Shown here piece after piece: positions 8,180 through 18,411 of a DNA stretch of 64,000 bases. A model generated the notes under the pieces. It searched no databases and was not told the DNA's origin. It was given only the letters and a program-made list of their open reading frames with translations. Source of the DNA: a virus; IMG/VR virus record IMGVR_UViG_3300037104_000796, positions 1-64,000 of that record, one strand, 5' to 3'. The translations under genes and the position numbers were made by a program. Positions within the stretch are counted from its first letter, which is position 1. Every line of letters starts with the position of its first letter.

Positions 8180-8877
8180 TCTTTATCTAAAATCATAAGA
8201 TATTTAAAGCCATTAGCAATAGTGGCTTTTTCTTTTATTGTATCTATAATTGAATTATACGTCCATGTACTTTTAATTTCAATTATAGTATTTAATAAAG
8301 GGATGTAAAAATCTGGATGATAAACTTTATTTTTTCCCTCAAAAATATACTTAATATCAGGGCCTCTTTGTATATCAGGAAATTTATCATAAAATTTTTC
8401 AAGAAAATCTAATTCATATGAACCTTGATACCAAATATTTGTATTTTTATATTTTTTAATTTCTAAACGAGTTTTTTGACCCTTTTCATATATTTCTTTA
8501 TTTTGTGCAGGATTTTCTACTCCATATTTTTTTAAATTATTTTGTTTAATTGTGGCTTTATTTTTTTCTAAACCATAACCACAATTTCCATATTTTTTAA
8601 AAATTTCTTCATGAGTTCTTATTCCGTCATATTTGTTACTACATTTTTTACAACAGCAATTTTTATATCCTTTGCCGCTTAAACCATTAAATTTTGTTAA
8701 ATTACCACAAATTTTACATACATCATCATTATTTTCTTTTAGCCATTTATCAAAATATTCTTTTTGATTATTGTGATATTTATTTACATGACGACCCAAA
8801 TCACATTTCCTATCAAATATTTTGCCACACTCTTCACATATAAAAAGTCCATCTTTTGTTTTCCTAAATTCTTTCAT
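8164..8877 (-). CDS. Free-standing homing endonuclease, C2H2 Zn-finger plus PD-(D/E)XK domain
   Basis: CEECG..LGRHVNKYH, KYGVENP, QGSYE, YHPDFY...IIEIKS; opposite orientation to its neighbours. Confidence 0.75.
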   Translation of the reverse strand: MKEFRKTKDGLFICEECGKIFDRKCDLGRHVNKYHNNQKEYFDKWLKENNDDVCKICGNLTKFNGLSGKGYKNCCCKKCSNKYDGIRTHEEIFKKYGNCGYGLEKNKATIKQNNLKKYGVENPAQNKEIYEKGQKTRLEIKKYKNTNIWYQGSYELDFLEKFYDKFPDIQRGPDIKYIFEGKNKVYHPDFYIPLLNTIIEIKSTWTYNSIIDTIKEKATIANGFKYLMILDKDYSSL

Positions 8878-8995
8878 GATTAATAGTTAATAATATTATA
8901 TGCCAATATTATTACTTTGTTTTAAAATAAATGTACTCAAATTTTTTAATATCGGAAAAATTGATTATATTTAATTGAAGATAAATAAAATAAAA

Positions 8996-9517
8996 ATGAG
9001 AGCAAAAACTATAAAACCCGGAATACATAGCACATTCAAAGATTTTTATGATGACGCCCCGGCCGAAATAAAAACTTACATAGACAGATGTGCTTCAACA
9101 CCACAGTCATTTTGTTGGCATCCAGAGGGCGATGTTAAAAAACACATAAACATCGTTTTCAATAGAGCTAAACGAACAGGCGACATTAACTTCATGTTAG
9201 CCGCATTTTTCCATGATCTTGGAAAAGCTGATGCTACACGTCCACACCGTAACACACCTGGAAAATGGAGTGCTCATGGACACGAATTCGCATCTGCTCG
9301 ATTGGTAGAAAAATATCGTGATTGGATTGAAAGTTTAGGTGGAGATTTCGAAAAAGTTCATTTCATTGTTTATGAACACATGCGTGTAAAACATATTCAT
9401 GAAATGAGACCATCAAAACAGGCCACTCTTCGTCAAAACAAATATTTCGATCTTGTACATCAATTTTCAGATTTTGATGACATGCTTAAAGACTATTCAA
9501 ATGATATTGACGACTGA
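8996..9517 (+). CDS. HD-domain phosphohydrolase (CCA-enzyme/poly(A) polymerase-associated type)
   Basis: WHPEGDVxxH, AAFFHDLGK, GHE, EHM motifs. Confidence 0.8.
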   Translation: MRAKTIKPGIHSTFKDFYDDAPAEIKTYIDRCASTPQSFCWHPEGDVKKHINIVFNRAKRTGDINFMLAAFFHDLGKADATRPHRNTPGKWSAHGHEFASARLVEKYRDWIESLGGDFEKVHFIVYEHMRVKHIHEMRPSKQATLRQNKYFDLVHQFSDFDDMLKDYSNDIDD

Positions 9518-10268
9518 ACAGTTACAACTATTAACGACATGCATAGGAGGAGGCCCATTAAATAAGGCCTCCATTGTCATCTTTGGGAACGAACTTGGCA
9601 CCGCAGAAGGTAAAGATACTAATCGTACTATTCAAAATTTTGAACGTGATTGGGCCGGTGATAAAATTGTAACAGACCCAGGATTTGCAACTCTTAACAT
9701 CGGAACTCCGCCTGTGAATAGCACATTCTTGCAGTTTATAGCTCGATTGGTTCTTGGATTAAATGATAATAATGACAGATATTTTGAAAAGTTGGAACCG
9801 ATAGCTAAAGTGTTAGTGAATAACTACATAATGAATCGACTTTACAAATTCGAAACAGCAATTATCAATTTACGTCCCTTACCACAAAGCACTGAGAGAC
9901 ATTGGGATTATGAAAATATAAGTGAAAAGGATTACTATAAACAGTACAATTTCACTCTTCGTAATAGACCCAGTGATCCGTGGAGTGATCTAAGAGTCAA
10001 AGCTATCAAATCAGGATTCGATCTTGCTAAAAATGCTATAATCTTAGGAAGTGGAGATAAGAACAATAAAAGAGCTTTTTTTGAACTGATTTATCCCGAT
10101 ATCGAATTTAGAACTATCACATTAAATTTGAACACACAAGTTTATGTGGCTAAAAATCCCAATATAATTCTCTCCAATTATTATGATAATCGAAATGGGA
10201 TACGATTATCTGGACTATTCGACATATATCAATACATCAAAAATGAAAATTTACTGAAGGACTTTTAA
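9501..10268 (+). CDS. Hypothetical protein
   Basis: About 255 aa; IVIFGNELG and NLRPLP motifs, no confident family. Confidence 0.6.
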   Translation: MILTTEQLQLLTTCIGGGPLNKASIVIFGNELGTAEGKDTNRTIQNFERDWAGDKIVTDPGFATLNIGTPPVNSTFLQFIARLVLGLNDNNDRYFEKLEPIAKVLVNNYIMNRLYKFETAIINLRPLPQSTERHWDYENISEKDYYKQYNFTLRNRPSDPWSDLRVKAIKSGFDLAKNAIILGSGDKNNKRAFFELIYPDIEFRTITLNLNTQVYVAKNPNIILSNYYDNRNGIRLSGLFDIYQYIKNENLLKDF

Positions 10269-10310
10269 CAAAGTCCTTTCGTGTTATGTTTTATTTCGTT
10301 CCAAGATAGC

Positions 10311-10326
10311 GAATATATAAATAAAA
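10311..10326 (+). promoter_or_regulatory. Late-type promoter motif GA(A)TATATAA
   Basis: Recurs upstream of genes at 3338, 10311, 14481, 25514, 32030, 35253, 38108 (+) and 46926, 62068 (-), mostly structural; reminiscent of the T4 late TATAAATA. Confidence 0.55.
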
Positions 10327-10339
10327 TATAAGCGTATTT

Positions 10340-13048
10340 ATGCAATTTTCAAATTTCTCAAAATCTCAAGAAGGATTAGCAATTACCTTTTATAGCGAAT
10401 ATCCCATTTCAAACGTAGGTGTTATTAAATACTATAAAGACAATTCTACGCCTCAATCAGGATTTGCCAAAAAAGAATTCCGTTGGTCTTTTAATAATGA
10501 GTACTGGTCTGCGTGGGAAACACTGACACAAAATAATATATCTTCAGTCGATACTCACAATAACTATTATTTCTTTTTACAAATACGCTATACTTTAATT
10601 GCCTTAGATTCAGGTACTGTTTCATCATTTACTTTAAATTACAATGAAGGAACAGCTATTAATTGTGTTCCTTGTGGAGATACAAATGAAAGGAATTTAA
10701 TCAATGATATCAAGAGAGAAGATGCATCTGCAATTCTTATTCATGATGTACTTCAAACTTATAAAATTGTTCCTATCACAGATGCTAGCTTTTTGAATGG
10801 CTATCCTGGAAGTTGGTACTTAGATAGATCACACCAATGGGGTTATCAACCAATCAGCAGTATTACAAATTTACAAACTATTTTAAATCAATTAAGTAAT
10901 ACTTCATGGGTTTCGTTAGCATATATTGATGGCTCTTTAGCTATAAGGGATGCATCTATATCATGGATAATTAATCAAAACTATCTTAAGGAAAGCTCTT
11001 TAAATATCGGACAGGGATTTGCGTGGGCGCCCAACGGACAGTTATATGTGGATGTTAGTGTTGTTGCCGGAAGTGTTAATCAATTTTATGTTGATAGTTC
11101 ATTATTAGCAAGAGATGCTTCAATATCGTGGTTATTTGCAAATAAACAACCGATAGGTGCTTATATAAGAGATACTTCTAATGGAATAGGCCTTTTTTGG
11201 AATAATGGATTTTTAGATGTTTCAGTCGCAGGCAAAAATTATGATGCATCCATAAGTGATATTTATAGTTATATTGATGGTTCTTTAGTTTCAAGAGATT
11301 CCTCAATAACTGCTTTATTTTCAAAAAATACTCAACAAGATTCTTTAATTGCATGGCTTATAAATAATCATTATTTAAAAGAAAGTTCAATAGGAACTGG
11401 ATATAAATGGAATCTTGGAAAATTAGATGTAAGTGTAAATATTGGCATATTAGATCCTTCATATAATATTCTATTTGATATGATTATCGAAAACTCTACA
11501 AATATCGGAGGAGTTAATTATGATAGTTCAAATTTTATTTTTAATGGAAATAATCTTGAACAAAGCATTTCTAACTTGGATAGTATAATGGGTTTATTGG
11601 CTCCTGCCAGACCTAATTTATTAACTAATAAAACTTTATTATTAACGAATTCTGCAGTATATGCAGCTAAATTACCGACAGGATTAACTGGAGCTTGGTA
11701 TTATGATTCCATTGCGCCCGGTGCTATTATAAATGATTATGCAGTTGATAATACTTTTAGACTTACTACACCAAGTTTTGTAGATACTTTTAGAGCAGGA
11801 TTTTTTGGCAATACAGATACAAGAGGTACTCTTTATGGGTATGTTAATGGAGTTTTGGATGCTTCATATAATATGACAACTGGTTTTGGAAATACTCCAT
11901 TTTCAACAACTGAAGCAATAGGTATTTTAAGATTTAATAATGAAGCAGGATATGGTGGAATTAATTCCGACTTCTGGAGAAGAGTTGAAGCTTATATCGA
12001 TATAACTACTCAACAAACAGGAGGAGTAAAATATTCTATAGGACACTCAGAAGCATTAATCTCTAATGAATTCTTTTTACGATTTGATCCAAGCCCAGGA
12101 TTAGCAAAATGGTCTATTTCTCCGAGTGCATCTGAAGGAGCATTAAGTGTGGTATATTTAAGTGGAATAGAATATTATGGCATAAATTCAAAAATTCTTG
12201 TATCATTTACAGCCGGTTCAGGGATATTTAAAAATGCTTATCATTCGTTAGCTGTTGGAAAAATAACTTCTGCGTACGGATCTCAAATATTATTAAATCC
12301 ATTATCAGTTCCTAATTACAATGATACATTTGTGGTTACTAATCAGCAATTTACATTTGACATAGCTAATTTATCAACAGGGGCCACTTATCCAACATTA
12401 GCCGTAACGTTATATAAACCTAATTTTACAGGAGATTCAAGCACATTAACTTTAGCAAAAAGACTTAACACATATTCTCCAACACGTGCAACAGTTACAA
12501 CTGAATATTTTACTGATGAAAGTAAAAGGATTTTAACAGCTGCAGGCACAGGAGGAACCGATGGCCCATGGACTTCTTCGGATTATGCCATTTTTAATCC
12601 CGGAAATGGAGCACACGCTCAAGTACAAAATGGAACTTTACGATATCCAGTTTCAGTTGATTATGCTAATTTTGCCTTTTCTGGAACAGATAAACAATAT
12701 TTAAGAAGATTTACGAAATCTGGAGCACTAAGTAGTGGAATTCTTACATTTGGAGGATTCAATCCATTAACAGATTCAAGTTCATACGGAAATGGCAATA
12801 CAAATCTTATTATGTGGTTAACAGATCAAAATATATACTATGATTTGGCATTAGAATTTGGAACTGGAGGTGACGGTTCTTCGATTAGTTTAGCAAAAGG
12901 AGCATGGACAGCAAGATCAAGTAACGCAATAGCATGGTCTTTAGGAACTACAAGTTTAGGAAATGAACTTACACATACAAATCAATTTGCACTTATTGTT
13001 ATATTTAGAAATACATCCAAATCAATGACACAAATTACTTTAAGCTAA
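10340..13048 (+). CDS. Virion structural protein (fibre/baseplate-associated)
   Basis: 902 aa, S/T/G/N-rich, internal YxDxSLxxRDxSIxWL repeats shared with 17242..18408, late promoter. Confidence 0.6.
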   Translation: MQFSNFSKSQEGLAITFYSEYPISNVGVIKYYKDNSTPQSGFAKKEFRWSFNNEYWSAWETLTQNNISSVDTHNNYYFFLQIRYTLIALDSGTVSSFTLNYNEGTAINCVPCGDTNERNLINDIKREDASAILIHDVLQTYKIVPITDASFLNGYPGSWYLDRSHQWGYQPISSITNLQTILNQLSNTSWVSLAYIDGSLAIRDASISWIINQNYLKESSLNIGQGFAWAPNGQLYVDVSVVAGSVNQFYVDSSLLARDASISWLFANKQPIGAYIRDTSNGIGLFWNNGFLDVSVAGKNYDASISDIYSYIDGSLVSRDSSITALFSKNTQQDSLIAWLINNHYLKESSIGTGYKWNLGKLDVSVNIGILDPSYNILFDMIIENSTNIGGVNYDSSNFIFNGNNLEQSISNLDSIMGLLAPARPNLLTNKTLLLTNSAVYAAKLPTGLTGAWYYDSIAPGAIINDYAVDNTFRLTTPSFVDTFRAGFFGNTDTRGTLYGYVNGVLDASYNMTTGFGNTPFSTTEAIGILRFNNEAGYGGINSDFWRRVEAYIDITTQQTGGVKYSIGHSEALISNEFFLRFDPSPGLAKWSISPSASEGALSVVYLSGIEYYGINSKILVSFTAGSGIFKNAYHSLAVGKITSAYGSQILLNPLSVPNYNDTFVVTNQQFTFDIANLSTGATYPTLAVTLYKPNFTGDSSTLTLAKRLNTYSPTRATVTTEYFTDESKRILTAAGTGGTDGPWTSSDYAIFNPGNGAHAQVQNGTLRYPVSVDYANFAFSGTDKQYLRRFTKSGALSSGILTFGGFNPLTDSSSYGNGNTNLIMWLTDQNIYYDLALEFGTGGDGSSISLAKGAWTARSSNAIAWSLGTTSLGNELTHTNQFALIVIFRNTSKSMTQITLS

Positions 13049-13062
13049 AATATTTTTATATA

Positions 13063-14478
13063 ATGTCTTGGAATCAAAACGATATATCATTCAAAACTTT
13101 ACTTAACAAGCGTCAAACAGACTCTAATAAGCAATTTTATGAAGAATTTGGAGATAATACCATCAATATTCACTTAAAAGAAATTTGGATTAATGATATT
13201 CCTGCAGATGCTAGCGATGCCGCTGTATTGCCATATTCAGGATATATTGATTCATTTGATCATTGGACTCTTAAAGTTGATCCAACTGTTCCGGGAAATT
13301 TAACATGGGCTGCTGTTACAAATCCTTCAGATGGTTTTGATTTTACTCAACCCGATGATATTACAAATCCAAGATTAAAAGATTGGATATCAGATAAATA
13401 TGGTTTGGGATATGATTTAAAATTATATTCTAATGGAACTCAAATTCAAAAAACAAGTGTTCCGTATCCATGGCGTTTTGATTATATGACTGGTAATTTA
13501 ACGTTTAACGCTGTTCCTCCTGAGCCTATTCAAATTACTGCATTTAGATATAATGGCGTAAAAGGTATTATTGCTCCAACCGATTCCAGCGGAACTGTAT
13601 CTCCTACATTTCAAATTTATATGACTCATAATGGAGTTTTATTAAGAGACTCTAGTGGAAATCTCGAAATAATAAATCCTATTGATAGTAGTTATAGCGG
13701 TATTCGCGCCGGCGCATTAAATATAGGAACAGCTTCAGGCTTATATTTACTTAATCTCAAAGAAGAAGTAGTTGAAAATTTATTAACATCATATTATATA
13801 ATTGACAATTCAATTTTTAATGGAGTTTATTCAACTCCTCCTATTTCTGGTACAGCAATTGTTAATGACGCAAGTGTTTATTCGAATGCTTCTGGAGATA
13901 AATGTCTTTATAAAGTAGGAAACACATGGTTTTTACAATCAATTGATTCTTCTGCATTATCACCAGCACAAACACAAAGTTGGAATGGTCCATTTTGGTT
14001 TAATGAAGGTGGAGTAATTGGAGCATATTTTGGAAATAGTACTTATTATGGACAAAATTTAACGATATACAATTATGAAAATTTATATCCGGAAGTTATT
14101 GGGAGATTTAGAAGATCACTTGGAATTAAAGGAAATGCAGATATAATTGGGAATCTTGGAGTTCACGGAAAAATTATTGCTGAATCATTAAAATTAGACC
14201 CTTCATTTAATGGAGTTTTGATTGCGTCAAATGGAGAAGTAACAGTTTCTTCTTATCCGAAATCACGAAGTTATAATGAAACTATTACAAGTACAGGAGT
14301 TACAAGTGTTGCTATTAATCATGGTTTGCAGACTCTAAATCAATTAATTGCAGTATATGATCCTATTACACAAGAAGAAATATTTCCGCAAAAAACAAGA
14401 GGATCAAATAGTTCAATATTAGATTTTTATGAGTTTCCTTTAGGAAAAAGTTATGATGTAATTATCATAGGATATTAA
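13063..14478 (+). CDS. Virion structural protein
   Basis: 471 aa, beta-rich; C-terminal INHGL fibre-type module; in the structural operon. Confidence 0.55.
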   Translation: MSWNQNDISFKTLLNKRQTDSNKQFYEEFGDNTINIHLKEIWINDIPADASDAAVLPYSGYIDSFDHWTLKVDPTVPGNLTWAAVTNPSDGFDFTQPDDITNPRLKDWISDKYGLGYDLKLYSNGTQIQKTSVPYPWRFDYMTGNLTFNAVPPEPIQITAFRYNGVKGIIAPTDSSGTVSPTFQIYMTHNGVLLRDSSGNLEIINPIDSSYSGIRAGALNIGTASGLYLLNLKEEVVENLLTSYYIIDNSIFNGVYSTPPISGTAIVNDASVYSNASGDKCLYKVGNTWFLQSIDSSALSPAQTQSWNGPFWFNEGGVIGAYFGNSTYYGQNLTIYNYENLYPEVIGRFRRSLGIKGNADIIGNLGVHGKIIAESLKLDPSFNGVLIASNGEVTVSSYPKSRSYNETITSTGVTSVAINHGLQTLNQLIAVYDPITQEEIFPQKTRGSNSSILDFYEFPLGKSYDVIIIGY

Positions 14479-14508
14479 AAGAATATATAAATAAAATAAG
14501 TTTGTAAT

Positions 14509-17184
14509 ATGGCAAAATATGTTCAACCCACATTTATAGTTGACTCTAGTGCCTCATTTTTTGGAAATGTGGGATTTGATTCATCTGTATTTTTACAGGG
14601 GTCAACTTTTATAAGTAGTCCTGCTACATCAGGTTCAGGAACTCCTTATGCCTTAGTCGTTGATTCAATAGGAGCAAAAATACAAATTAAAAGTTTTCTT
14701 CTTGGAACAATGGCTGCTAAGCAATCGGCAAGTTATGATGCATCTATTTTCAATATCGAGACTTCATTAGGAACACTAAATGGTTTAATTAATACTAACA
14801 TAACAGATATTTCTAATATTGAGACTTCGTTAGGAATTCTTAGTAATTGGGATATTTCACAAGATGCTTCTATAGTTGCTTTAAGAGCAGCTGGAACAAG
14901 ATCATGGAATGGTTTAACAACAACAGATAATTCAGTAGGACTTGGTGGAACATTAAGTATTCCTACAACTATTACAACTTCTGTTACAAATTCATTAAAA
15001 ATAGCAGGTTTAGTTACTTCAACAGCAAATACTCCATCCGTCATTGTAATAGAAGGTGCTGATGGTTCGCTTAGAGTAAGAACATTGGGCACAATGGCAT
15101 GGGAAACTTCAACCAACTATTATGGCAAAGGTGAAGTAGATATTTTATTATATCCTTTTGCAACAAATGCCAGTGTCGGTTTAGTTAAAACTACTTTAGA
15201 TGCAAGTATACAATTACTTATTGATGCTGATAAAACATTTGCAACAAATGCTTCAGTTGGATTAGCTTTTGGACCTTACGCAACTAACGCTTCAGTCAAT
15301 GCCGCTTTCGTTACAACCAACGCTTCGTTTGGAGCTTATGCAACTAACGCAAGTGTAGGATTAGTTAAAACTACATTAGATGCTTCAATACAATTACTTA
15401 TAGATGCAGATAAGACTTTCGCAACTAACGCATCAGTTGGTTTAGCAATTGCGCCTTTTGCCACAAACGCTTCGGTAGGTTTAGTCGTTACAACTATTAA
15501 TGCCTCTCTTGGATTGATGGCAACAAATGCCTCAGTTGGTTTAGCCATAGCACCATTTGCAACGAATGCTTCTGTAGGATTAGTTAAGTTAGATGTAGAT
15601 GCTTCAATTCAGCTTTTAATAAATGCAGATAAAACATTTGCTACAAATGCTTCAGTGGGTATCGCTTTAGGCGCTTATGCAACAAACGTTTCAGTTAATG
15701 CAGCTTTTGCAACTAACTCTTCAGTTGGTTTAGCTTTAGGACCTTACGCAACTAATGCTTCAGTTAATGCAGCATTATTTACAACTAACGCTTCATTTGC
15801 CGCTTATGCTACGAACGCTTCAATAGGTTTAGCAGCTTTTGCAAAAAATGCATCATTATCACTTTATTTAGAAAAAGAAGGCGGTACAATGACTGGCCCT
15901 TTAAGCATTACTGCTGGAGGTTTATCAGTTACAAACAACGCTTCTATTAATGGAGGATTATCAGTTGTTGGAGATACTTACATCGGAGGAACATTAACCA
16001 TTGATGGATCTTTATATGTTAGATCTGTTGAAACAATCGATGTATCTGCTGCTTATATTAGATTAAATACAGGTATGACTGGAGTTCCTCCAGCTTATAT
16101 GCAATCAGGTATTGTAATTGAAAGAGGATCAGATGCTCCATACGTATTTTTATACGATGAAACTTTACAAACTTTTAGAATAGGAATAGTAACTGATGCA
16201 TCTTCTTTTGCAGATGCCTCAACTCAAGCAGTTGCAACAAGAGAAGATTCACCAGTATCATTTGGTGTACCATTCTTTAATAATACATTATTTAGATTTG
16301 ATACTTCTGTTGGATTTACATTTACACCGGGAGTTGGTTTAGGATTATCAATTGCAACAAATCAGGGAACTGAAAAAACTGTTTTATCATTAGTTGCTGG
16401 AACAGTTGGTTCTGTAGAACTTGGAACAATGGCATTCGAAGCTTCAATAAACTATTACAGTAAAGGTGAAGTAGATATCTTATTATATCCTTACGCAACT
16501 AATGCATCAGTAGGTCTTGCTATCGCTCCATTTGCAACGAACGCTTCTATAGGTTTAGCTTTAGGACCTTATGCAACAAATGCTTCAGTTAATTTGCAAA
16601 TTAATCAATTAGATGCTAGTATTATTCGTATAGATGCATCTCTTAATGATACATTAGATATAGCCGTTGTATTAGCTCCTTATGCTACTAATGCTTCTGT
16701 AGGATTAGCTATAGCTCCATTTGCAACAAACGCTTCTGTAGGTTTAGCAATCGCTCCGTTTGCAACAAATGCTTCTGTTGGAATCGCTTTAAGCGGAAAA
16801 CTTAATAGTGTTGCAAATATAGGTGTAGCAGGAAATGCATCTGTATTCTCATATGAACTTAGTAATATTGCATATCTTAAGAAATTAGTTCAAGGAACAG
16901 GAATAGCCATAACAGAAGACGTTTCTACAATTACAATTACTTCATCTGGAGCACTAGGATACGCTAACAAATATAGAAGCACGTTTGATGGCACAGCTGC
17001 TAGTCCATTTGTAATTACAGCAGCAACACACGGTCTTGGAACAGGCCCAATTACAGCTACAGTATATGAAAATAATGCTCAAGTTTATACAGGAGTGGAT
17101 GTTAATGGTTCAAATGATGTAACATTATCATGGGCTTTAGGTTCATTAACAGATGCTTCATGTAAATTTATATTAATGGGATAA
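14509..17184 (+). CDS. Tail fibre/appendage protein with (F/Y)ATNASVGLA repeats
   Basis: 891 aa; more than 20 NAS-containing repeats, GGTMTG-L fibre motif, SGIVIERG module, C-terminal THGLGT. Confidence 0.7.
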   Translation: MAKYVQPTFIVDSSASFFGNVGFDSSVFLQGSTFISSPATSGSGTPYALVVDSIGAKIQIKSFLLGTMAAKQSASYDASIFNIETSLGTLNGLINTNITDISNIETSLGILSNWDISQDASIVALRAAGTRSWNGLTTTDNSVGLGGTLSIPTTITTSVTNSLKIAGLVTSTANTPSVIVIEGADGSLRVRTLGTMAWETSTNYYGKGEVDILLYPFATNASVGLVKTTLDASIQLLIDADKTFATNASVGLAFGPYATNASVNAAFVTTNASFGAYATNASVGLVKTTLDASIQLLIDADKTFATNASVGLAIAPFATNASVGLVVTTINASLGLMATNASVGLAIAPFATNASVGLVKLDVDASIQLLINADKTFATNASVGIALGAYATNVSVNAAFATNSSVGLALGPYATNASVNAALFTTNASFAAYATNASIGLAAFAKNASLSLYLEKEGGTMTGPLSITAGGLSVTNNASINGGLSVVGDTYIGGTLTIDGSLYVRSVETIDVSAAYIRLNTGMTGVPPAYMQSGIVIERGSDAPYVFLYDETLQTFRIGIVTDASSFADASTQAVATREDSPVSFGVPFFNNTLFRFDTSVGFTFTPGVGLGLSIATNQGTEKTVLSLVAGTVGSVELGTMAFEASINYYSKGEVDILLYPYATNASVGLAIAPFATNASIGLALGPYATNASVNLQINQLDASIIRIDASLNDTLDIAVVLAPYATNASVGLAIAPFATNASVGLAIAPFATNASVGIALSGKLNSVANIGVAGNASVFSYELSNIAYLKKLVQGTGIAITEDVSTITITSSGALGYANKYRSTFDGTAASPFVITAATHGLGTGPITATVYENNAQVYTGVDVNGSNDVTLSWALGSLTDASCKFILMG
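15157..15860 (+). repeat. Degenerate coding tandem repeats ((F/Y)ATNASVGLAxxP)
   Basis: Repeated GCAAC(A/T)AA(C/T)GC..C.GT units; further blocks at about 16492-16790 and 17838-18110. Confidence 0.8.
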
Positions 17185-17241
17185 TAAAAAAATAAAGCTA
17201 TATAGAATTATTTCTGGATAGTGAAAGAAAATAATTAAACA

Positions 17242-18408
17242 ATGGCAGGCGAATTTAAAATTAAAACGGGCTTAATCTTAGGAGCTACTCCTACAGTACC
17301 TGTATTCAGCATTCAAAATGCTTCAACATCAATTGTTATAGATGCCTCGGACATTTTAGTAACAGCAAAAGCAATCTACGATTTTGTGAATTCACGTGTA
17401 AGTCCCAACACATTGGCGGGGTTAAGTGACGTGTCAATCGTTAATGCTTCTGATTTTAACATGATCAGATATGATTATGCGTCAGGAAAATGGAAAAATA
17501 TAGCTCCTACGGAAGCTTCGTTATATTTTTGGGAATTATCAACTCCTTTATTAAGAGAATCATCTATTGGCTCAGGATTAGTATGGAGTGGAGGAATGCT
17601 AAACGTAAGTGTAGGTATAGCTGATTATGCTACAACTGTTTATGTTAATAACATAACAAACCCTCTTATAATTCAACAAGGAAATCAAGACACATCTGTA
17701 TATAATATGGGTGTATATATTGATGGTTCTTTGGCTTTAAGAGATGTTTCAATACTATGGCTTCAAGATAATAAAGCAAATTTATCAGATTTAGCAGGTT
17801 TTATAACGGCATCTTACGTAACTAATGCATTATTACCTTACGCAACAAATTCTTCAATATCTACAGCTGATTTTGCAAAAAATGCTTCGCTTGGGATTTA
17901 TGCCACCAACGTAAGCGTTGGTTTGGCAATAGCGCCTTTTGCTACAAATGCTTCTGTAGGTCTTGCTTTAGGACCTTATGCAACTAATGCTTCAGTTAAC
18001 GCTGCATTTCTAACTACTAATGCTTCTTTTGGAGCTTACGCAACAAATGCAAGTGTTGGTACTGCTTTAGGAGCTTACGCAACCAATGCTTCAATTAGCA
18101 CTGCAGCTTTTGCAAAAGCTTATGGTGGATTTACACCTTTAGGCACAAACACTAGCTATTTAGTAAGTGCTAGTGATAATAACGGGTTTATAACAGCAGA
18201 TGTTTCTGCTACAACTATAGTTTTTCCAAATACATTAACTAACGGATTTTCAACAGTAGTTATAAATGATACAAATGGACCGATCACACTTAATGCTTCA
18301 ACATTATTAAGTCAAGATAGTTCAATAGTTTTAAGAAATAAATATGCAGCAGCAACAGTAATTTGCAAATCTGCAGGAGTATTTTACGCATTTGGTAATT
18401 TGAAATAA
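17242..18408 (+). CDS. Fibre-related virion protein
   Basis: LAGLSDV...YD..SGKWKN module, ATNAS repeats, C-terminal FGNL module. Confidence 0.6.
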   Translation: MAGEFKIKTGLILGATPTVPVFSIQNASTSIVIDASDILVTAKAIYDFVNSRVSPNTLAGLSDVSIVNASDFNMIRYDYASGKWKNIAPTEASLYFWELSTPLLRESSIGSGLVWSGGMLNVSVGIADYATTVYVNNITNPLIIQQGNQDTSVYNMGVYIDGSLALRDVSILWLQDNKANLSDLAGFITASYVTNALLPYATNSSISTADFAKNASLGIYATNVSVGLAIAPFATNASVGLALGPYATNASVNAAFLTTNASFGAYATNASVGTALGAYATNASISTAAFAKAYGGFTPLGTNTSYLVSASDNNGFITADVSATTIVFPNTLTNGFSTVVINDTNGPITLNASTLLSQDSSIVLRNKYAAATVICKSAGVFYAFGNLK

Positions 18409-18411
18409 AAT

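Noticed and set aside
9501-10268. Uracil-DNA-glycosylase-like fold
   Set aside because: Only a faint FGNE motif resemblance; insufficient without a profile search.
10340-18408. Host Bacteroidota O-glycosylation sequon D-[S/T]-[A/I/L/V/M/T] as the explanation for the Ser motifs
   Set aside because: The dominant pattern has Ser at +2 (DAS, DVS, NAS), not +1, and host glycosylation is periplasmic whereas virions assemble in the cytoplasm.
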